Part shown: piece by piece, positions 26,502 through 32,000 of the stretch
Position numbering within the stretch: the first letter of the stretch is position 1
Layout of the letters: every line of letters begins with the position of its first letter
From: Cupriavidus necator
GTDB taxonomy: Bacteria; Pseudomonadota; Gammaproteobacteria; Burkholderiales; Burkholderiaceae
Length of the DNA stretch: 32,000 nt
NCBI RefSeq assembly: GCF_016127575.1
Contig: NZ_CP066018.1
Coordinates: forward strand, 1,890,001 to 1,922,000
Direction: 5' to 3'
Notes under the pieces: model-generated
Database searches by the model: none
Told to the model about the DNA's origin: nothing
The model's input: the letters and a program-made list of their open reading frames with translations, nothing else
Made by a program: the position numbers and the translations under genes

Positions 26502-26604
26502 TGCTCCTCCTGGTCTGTGCCATCGGCGTCTGCCTGTCGTGTGGGGCGCGCACCGTTGAAGTCATCATGGGCGGATGGGCTTCATCGGTAAAGACCCGGA
26601 AACG

Positions 26605-26616
26605 GATTAATTGATC
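26605..26616. promoter_or_regulatory. imperfect palindrome GATTAATTGATC in the divergent LysR / hydroxylase promoter region (candidate LysR site)
   Basis: The only AT-rich dyad between 26502 and 26693. LysR regulators usually bind T-N11-A-type dyads in such divergent regions. Confidence 0.25.
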
Positions 26617-26693
26617 GTGTTACCCTCTGAATCAGACGCGCCGGCCAATCTGGCAAGACAAGTGCGCACCCCGACATCCCGGAGGTAGACAAC

Positions 26694-27617
26694 GTGCCAA
26701 ACATCAGCAACATGAACGTGTCGCTGCGCCAGCTGCGCGCGTTCATCGCCGTGGCGCAGGAGCGCCACTTCACCCGCGCGGCCGAGAAGCTGGACCTGTC
26801 GCAGTCGTCGGTCAGCGCGCTGATCCACGAGCTGGAAGGCAACCTCGGCCTGAAGCTGTTCGACCGCCACACGCGCCAGCTGCACATCACGCAGGCGGGC
26901 GCGGAGCTGCTGCCGCTGGTGAAGAAGGCGGTGGCCGATATCGACAGCGTGATCGAGAACTCCAGCGAGCTGCGCACGCTGGGGCGCGGGCGCGTGTCGA
27001 TCTCGGCGTCGTCGATCCAGGCCGCGCTGATGCTGCCGCGCGTGATCCGCGAGTTCTGCGTGAGCCATCCCGGCGTGAAGGTGGAACTGCACGACGTGTC
27101 CGAGCATGAGGTGACCAAGATGGTCAGCTCGGGCGAGGTGGATTTCGGCATCGGCACCATTCCCGAGGGCCAGCCCGACCTGAGCGCCCACCGGCTGATG
27201 TCCGATCCCTTCGTGATCGTGATGCCGGCGCATCATCCGCTGCGGCGGCGCAAGACGCTGCGCTGGGAAGACGTGGCGGGCCTGCCCGTGATCGGGCCGC
27301 ACAAGGGCAACCCGATCCGCGACTGCCTGGATACCGCGCTGGCCGCGCGCGGCATTTCGCTGCAGCGGGTGCACGAGGTGTTCCTGCCGCTGACCATGGT
27401 GGGCATGGTGGATGCCGGGCTGGGCATCGCGGTGATGAGCGCGGCGGTCACGCGGCTGACTTCCGCGCTGGGGCTGGCCACGGTGATGCCGACCGATCCG
27501 GTGATCCACCGCGAGATCTCGCTGCTGGTGCACGCGGACCGGTCGCTGTCACCGCCGGCCCAGGCTTTCCGCGACCTGCTCATGCGCTATCGCGCCAAGC
27601 TGGCCGACGCAGCCTGA
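26694..27617 (+). CDS. LysR-family transcriptional regulator
   Basis: GTG at 26694 with a GGAGG SD 8 nt upstream. HTH LRQLRAFIAVAQERHFTRAAEKLDLSQSSVSALIHELE. Divergent from the hydroxylase operon. Confidence 0.85.
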   Translation: MPNISNMNVSLRQLRAFIAVAQERHFTRAAEKLDLSQSSVSALIHELEGNLGLKLFDRHTRQLHITQAGAELLPLVKKAVADIDSVIENSSELRTLGRGRVSISASSIQAALMLPRVIREFCVSHPGVKVELHDVSEHEVTKMVSSGEVDFGIGTIPEGQPDLSAHRLMSDPFVIVMPAHHPLRRRKTLRWEDVAGLPVIGPHKGNPIRDCLDTALAARGISLQRVHEVFLPLTMVGMVDAGLGIAVMSAAVTRLTSALGLATVMPTDPVIHREISLLVHADRSLSPPAQAFRDLLMRYRAKLADAA

Positions 27618-27622
27618 CTACG

Positions 27623-29014
27623 TCATGCCGGCTCCTTCGCCAGCCCGTGGGCCTGGGGGGCCGGCGAGCGGGCGTTGAACAGCAGGTTCAGCAGCACCGC
27701 GGTCAGCGTGCCGAGCAGGATGCCGTTCTGGCAGAACTTGGCCAGCAGCTCCGGCATCTGCGCGAAGAACTTGTCCGACACCAGCGGGATCATGCCCAGC
27801 GCTACGCTGACGGCGACGATATAGGCGTTCTTCTTGTTCTCGACAAAGTCCACATGGCCGAGGATGCGCACGCCGGTGGCGGCCACCATGCCGAACATCA
27901 CCAGCGCGGCGCCGCCCAGCACGTATTGCGGGATCGAGGCGGCAAAGAAGGCCAGCTTGGGCAGGCAGCCCAGCACGATGAGGATGCCGCCGGCGGTGGC
28001 GCAGACCCAGCGGCTGCGCACGCCGGTGACCTGCACCAGCCCCACGTTCTGCGCGTACGAGGTGTAGGTGAAGGTGTTGAACACCGCTCCCACCAGCGCG
28101 CCCACGCCGTCGGCACGCAGGCCGCGCGCGAGGTCGTCGCAGCCCACCGGGCGGCCCACGATCTCGCCTAGCGCCAGGAACTGGCCCACGCCCTCGATCA
28201 TGATCACGATCATCACCACGCACAGCGTGACCGCGGTCATGGCATCGAAGGTGGGCCAGCCGAAGTGGAAGGGCGTGATGAACTCCACCCAGTGCGCGTT
28301 GTGCAGGCCGTCGAAGTTGACCTTGCCCAGCGACAGCGCGATCACGAAGCCCACCGCGATGCCGATCAGCACCGCCACGTTGCACAGGAAACCCCTGGCA
28401 AAGGCCACCAGCGCCAGCACCGTGCACAGCACAGCGGTGGCGATGGCGATGTTCACCGGCAGGCCGAAGTTGGGATTGGGCACGGGGCCGGCCGCCGTGT
28501 TGATGGTCGGGTTGCCGCCCGCCGCCCAGTTGATGCCGACGCGCATCAGCGAGACGCCGATCACCAGCACCACCGTGCCGGTCACTACCGGCGGGAACCA
28601 GCGCACCATCTTGCCGACATAGGGCGCGGCAATGTAGGTGAAGATGCCCGCCACCATCACCGCGCCGAACACGGCCGGCAGGCCCAGCGACGGATTGGAG
28701 CCGGTGGCGATGATCGGTGCGATGGCGGTGAAGGTGACGCCCATCATCACCGGCAGGCGGATGCCGACCTTCCAGATGCCGATGCTCTGGATCATCGTCA
28801 CCAGGCCGCAGCAGAACAGGTCCGCGGCGATCAGGAAGGCCACCTGGTCCTTGGGCAGCTTGAGGGCGCCGCCGATGATCATCGGCACGGCAATGGCGCC
28901 GGCATACATCACCAGCACGTGCTGCAGGCCAAGGGCCAGCAGGCGGGTCGGGGGCAGGACCTCGTCGACGGGATGCACGGGGGCATTCCCTTGCGTAGGC
29001 AGGGTGGAATTCAT
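27623..29014 (-). CDS. NCS2-family nucleobase:cation symporter (second paralogue)
   Basis: ATG at 29014 with a GGAGA SD. HPVDEVLPPTRLLALGLQHVLVMYAGAIAVPMI...FTYTSYAQNVGLVQVTGVRSRWV. Clear paralogue of 14433..15782. Confidence 0.85.
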   Translation of the reverse strand: MNSTLPTQGNAPVHPVDEVLPPTRLLALGLQHVLVMYAGAIAVPMIIGGALKLPKDQVAFLIAADLFCCGLVTMIQSIGIWKVGIRLPVMMGVTFTAIAPIIATGSNPSLGLPAVFGAVMVAGIFTYIAAPYVGKMVRWFPPVVTGTVVLVIGVSLMRVGINWAAGGNPTINTAAGPVPNPNFGLPVNIAIATAVLCTVLALVAFARGFLCNVAVLIGIAVGFVIALSLGKVNFDGLHNAHWVEFITPFHFGWPTFDAMTAVTLCVVMIVIMIEGVGQFLALGEIVGRPVGCDDLARGLRADGVGALVGAVFNTFTYTSYAQNVGLVQVTGVRSRWVCATAGGILIVLGCLPKLAFFAASIPQYVLGGAALVMFGMVAATGVRILGHVDFVENKKNAYIVAVSVALGMIPLVSDKFFAQMPELLAKFCQNGILLGTLTAVLLNLLFNARSPAPQAHGLAKEPA

Positions 29015-29244
29015 ACTGTCTCCTTTGGTCGGTACCACGCCGGTCGCGCATTGCGCTCACGTGTCGCCAAGGTCGCCGGCAGTTTCCTTTCCGGGATGGT
29101 CAGTGGCCATCCTTCTCGTGCGATGCCCGCGCCTGTCCTGTCTTGTCAGTCCAGCATGACAGCGGCGGCGGGAAGGTACAACGTTCGCGGCGGATTTATC
29201 GATCGGGTGAAACGATGAGTCCGCCAGTTTCAGCGGGTTATCCC

Positions 29245-30687
29245 TTACGGCACGTGGGAGCCCGCGCGTTCCAGCCGCTTCAGCAGTGCTGCCGCGCGCT
29301 CCATCGCGGCAGGGTCGATGCGAGCGCGGATACCGTCGAAGGCAGGTCCGCGCGTGGCGTCCAGTCCCATGCGTGATGTGGTGCCCACACCCGAGGCCGA
29401 GGGGTCGAGTGCGCTGCCAGGCAGGCCGTCGACCACCACCACGTCCAGGTGCGGTTGCAGGTGCGTGGCCATCGCCCACAGCACTTCTTCATCGCGGGTG
29501 ATGTCGACGTCCTCGTCCACCGCGACCACCGTCTTCAGGTACGGATCCCAGCCGAGCAGGCCCAGCATCACCTGGCGCGCCTCGCCTGGGCGGCTCTGGC
29601 GCAGCGCCACGTAGGCGTGGAAGTGCGTACCGGAGCTGGGGTAGTGCACGGCGGTGACGCCGGGGAAGCGCTCCCTGAGCTTGTCGACCATCTCCGATTC
29701 GCGCGGGATGCGGCCCAGGTTCAGGTGTTCGGCCGAGTTGCCGCCGACCACGTCGACCAGCCATGCATCGGTGCGGCGCATCACGCTTTCCACGCGCAGC
29801 AGGTTGTTGGTCGAGCGGTCCGACGAATAGCCGGTGAATTCACCGAAGGGGCCTTCGTCGACGCGCGCGTCGGGATCAATCACGCCTTCAAGCACGATCT
29901 CCGCATGCGCCGGCACCAGGATGCCGTGGCGCGGCGTGCGTACCGCTTCCAGCGGCGCGCCGAACAGGCCGCCGGCAACGTGGCGCTCGTCCACGCCGTA
30001 GGGCAGCCGCGCAGCGCCGGCCAGCATGAACAGCGGATGCGCGCCGATCACCATGGCCACCGGCAGCGGCCGGCCCAGTTCGGTGGCGCGCTGCTGCATG
30101 CGCCACAGGTGCCCGCGCGAATGCAGGCTGGTGGCGATCTCGGTCGGCGAGTGCAGCATCGAGCGGTGGTAGCTGGCGTTGCCGATGCCGGTGTCGGGGT
30201 CTTCCGCGATCAGGATCGCGTTGGTGATGTATGGGCCGCGGTCGGTGGCGAAGTGCTTGATCGCCGGGATCGTGCGCAGGTCGATGTGTTCAGTCTCGAC
30301 ATGGCCGGTGACGGCGCCGCTGTCCAGCACGCGCGGCGCCACCATGCGGCGGCTGCGGGTCTGGTATTCGCCATGGATGCCGGCGGGCGCCACGCCGCCC
30401 AGCATGCGCCCCACGCGCTCGCGCGAGGCGAAGAGGTTGGTCGCCAGCGACGTGCCCAGCCCTTCGACATGGTCGAACAGCAAGGCCGGATGGCGGCCCT
30501 GCGCGGCCAGCGCCCACACCAGTGCGGTCGGGTCCTGGTCCGCGCCGACCGGCTCGCGGATATGCAGCACGTCTTCGGGAAAGGCCTCGCGGTAGGCGGC
30601 CAGGAACTGGTGGAAGTCCTGCGAGGTGTCGTGAAAGGGCTTGCGCGCCGATGCCGCTGAGGCGAAGGGCGCTGAGGGTGAGTTCAT
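29245..30687 (-). CDS. UbiD-family (prFMN-dependent) decarboxylase
   Basis: 480 aa with the UbiD layout: N-terminal FHQFLAAY...VLHIREPV...DPTALVWAL, central RTIPAIKHFATDRGPYITNAILIAEDPDTGIGNASYHR, GAHPL, C-terminal oligomerisation region. Confidence 0.9.
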   Translation of the reverse strand: MNSPSAPFASAASARKPFHDTSQDFHQFLAAYREAFPEDVLHIREPVGADQDPTALVWALAAQGRHPALLFDHVEGLGTSLATNLFASRERVGRMLGGVAPAGIHGEYQTRSRRMVAPRVLDSGAVTGHVETEHIDLRTIPAIKHFATDRGPYITNAILIAEDPDTGIGNASYHRSMLHSPTEIATSLHSRGHLWRMQQRATELGRPLPVAMVIGAHPLFMLAGAARLPYGVDERHVAGGLFGAPLEAVRTPRHGILVPAHAEIVLEGVIDPDARVDEGPFGEFTGYSSDRSTNNLLRVESVMRRTDAWLVDVVGGNSAEHLNLGRIPRESEMVDKLRERFPGVTAVHYPSSGTHFHAYVALRQSRPGEARQVMLGLLGWDPYLKTVVAVDEDVDITRDEEVLWAMATHLQPHLDVVVVDGLPGSALDPSASGVGTTSRMGLDATRGPAFDGIRARIDPAAMERAAALLKRLERAGSHVP

Positions 30688-30731
30688 GGATCGGCTCCTG
30701 TGGTCAGGGTTGGCCAGGGCGAAGGCTGCCC

Positions 30732-30759
30732 CGGCGGCCGGGAGTGCTCCCGGCCGCCG
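30732..30759. repeat. 28-nt perfect palindrome (intercistronic hairpin) between the amidohydrolase and UbiD genes
   Basis: CGGCGGCCGGGAG-TG-CTCCCGGCCGCCG, 13-nt arms, no flanking T/U tract on either strand. Confidence 0.5.
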
Positions 30760-30796
30760 TGCCGTGCCTGCCTGCCGAACAGCTAGCGACTACATG

Positions 30797-31711
30797 TCAG
30801 CGCGTGCTGGCGTACGTATCCTTCAGCCGCGCCAATGCCTCTTGCTGCGTCCTGGGCGGCGCCGTGGTCTCGATGCCGACCAGCCGGGCGATGTTGTTGC
30901 CCATGTAGTCCTCCAGCCCGTCCTCGTCCAGGTCCATGCCCTGCGGCGCGGGACCGCACAGCATCTCCAGCTCGCGCAGCCACATGCCGGGCTCGTTGGG
31001 CGGGGTGTCGGTGCCGAACACGATCTTGTCGCGCGGCAGCTGGCGCGCGAACTCGACGATGCGCGACTGGAAGCACCAGCCCGATTCGCAATACACGTTG
31101 GGCGTGTCCATTGCCATCCAGAAGGCCTCGAACGAGTAGTTGCCGCCGGTCTGGATGCCGAAGTGGCCGATGATGAAATTGACCATCGGGAATTCGCGGA
31201 TGATCGGGTAGAACATCGTCGGGATGGTGTACGGGCCGTCGCCGGTGTGGATCAGCACCACCACGTTGTACTTGGCGCAGACCTTCATCGCCGGGCGCAG
31301 CCAGTCCAGCGCGCGGTCGGGGCGGTAGCCGTGCATGTTGGCATGCAGCTTGAGCATCTTGAAGCCGTATTCCTTGACGTGGAATTCCAGCTCCTGCGCG
31401 CCTTCTTCCGGGCCCCAGCGCGGGTTGAAGGTGAAGTTGCCGATAAAGCGGTCGGGGTACTTCTGGCAGAGCTCCGCGATGTAGGCCATGTAGTCGCGGA
31501 TGCCTTCGCGCCCGCGGCGGTTGCCGTCGCGGTAGCCGGTGTTGCCCGGCGGCGGCTGGATAAAGCCCATGTCGATGCGGCGCGGCTTGCCGTTGATCAT
31601 GTAGGGGCCGTCCATCATCTTGAGCATGCGCTCGCCGTTGAAGGGCTCGCCGGTGTGGCGCCAGGCCTCGTCGACGAGATTGGTCGGGTGCAGATGGGTA
31701 TCGATAATCAT
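30797..31711 (-). CDS. amidohydrolase_2 (ACMSD/LigW/IDCase-type) metal-dependent hydrolase or decarboxylase
   Basis: MIIDTHLHP (HxH), LKLHANMHG, VLIHTGD, FGTDTP (Asp ligand). GGAG SD. Confidence 0.85.
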   Translation of the reverse strand: MIIDTHLHPTNLVDEAWRHTGEPFNGERMLKMMDGPYMINGKPRRIDMGFIQPPPGNTGYRDGNRRGREGIRDYMAYIAELCQKYPDRFIGNFTFNPRWGPEEGAQELEFHVKEYGFKMLKLHANMHGYRPDRALDWLRPAMKVCAKYNVVVLIHTGDGPYTIPTMFYPIIREFPMVNFIIGHFGIQTGGNYSFEAFWMAMDTPNVYCESGWCFQSRIVEFARQLPRDKIVFGTDTPPNEPGMWLRELEMLCGPAPQGMDLDEDGLEDYMGNNIARLVGIETTAPPRTQQEALARLKDTYASTR

Positions 31712-31756
31712 GTTGTGTGCTCCGGAGTCCGTTGTCGGTGGCGCGGGCCTGTGCGC

Positions 31757-32000
31757 TTACGCGGCCAGGCGTGCTTTCGCTTCTTCGAGCGTGCGCGGGA
31801 CCGGCGTCGGTTCCAGGCCGATCATCCGGGCGACGTTGTTGCCGAGGTAGTCTTCCAGCGTGTCTTCATCCAGGTTCAGGCCCTGCGGCGGCTCGAAGCA
31901 CAGCACTTCCAGCAGGCGCAGCCACATGCCGGGCTCGTTGGGCGGGGTGTCGGAGCCGAACAGGATCTTGTGCTTGGGCAGCACCTTGGCGAACTCGACG
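31757..32000 (-). CDS. amidohydrolase_2 paralogue (3' part only; runs off the window)
   Basis: ILFGSDTPPNEPGMWLRLLEVLC...LEDYLGNNVARMIGLEP aligns with the C-terminus of 30797..31711. Confidence 0.8.
   Translation of the reverse strand, partial: VEFAKVLPKHKILFGSDTPPNEPGMWLRLLEVLCFEPPQGLNLDEDTLEDYLGNNVARMIGLEPTPVPRTLEEAKARLAA

Noticed and set aside
29015-29244. A possible purine, xanthine or 8-oxoguanine riboswitch in the 230-nt gap upstream of the second NCS2 permease (minus strand).
   Set aside because: Only short generic hairpins (GGATGG...CCATCC, GCGCAATGCGC) and CTGTC repeats were seen. The conserved purine-riboswitch loop and junction sequences are absent. An Infernal scan would be needed to exclude rarer classes.

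Overview
High-GC betaproteobacterial chromosomal DNA. It looks Cupriavidus/Ralstonia-like from gene content and the several Bug-family binding proteins; that assignment is inference, not a search result. The left edge is core: petC (cytochrome c1), sspA, sspB and tRNA-Thr(UGU). Directly after the tRNA the content turns accessory. First comes a decayed Phd/VapC toxin-antitoxin module whose PIN toxin is cut off after 5 codons by the 3' end of an opposite-strand NERD-nuclease/SF1 (UvrD-like) helicase gene, a candidate single-gene defence protein. Next are a 2TM-domain LytS-type histidine kinase with a LytTR regulator and a free-standing 2TM paralogue, a GntR-amidase-Bug unit, two translationally coupled lipoproteins, and an intact Phd/VapC pair. 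A ~600 bp gene-poor stretch follows (12.4-13.0 kb), carrying a densely base-paired ~190 nt element with mutually exclusive pairings that I could not assign to any known RNA family. The right half is catabolic. It holds an NCS2 permease + 8-oxoguanine-deaminase-like amidohydrolase + AraC module and a LysR / CoA-transferase / Bug / MaoC module. From 21.1 kb to the window edge there is an unusual cluster: a UbiD decarboxylase, a UbiX prenyltransferase translationally coupled to a three-subunit molybdenum hydroxylase, two tandem amidohydrolase_2 paralogues, a second NCS2 permease, a LysR regulator and a His-rich COG0523 (CobW-like) GTPase. I read this as an uncharacterised pathway for a carboxylated N-heteroaromatic or nucleobase-like compound. 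No CRISPR array, integrase, transposase or rRNA was seen. All calls rest on reading the ORF translations and the sequence by eye; no database search was run.
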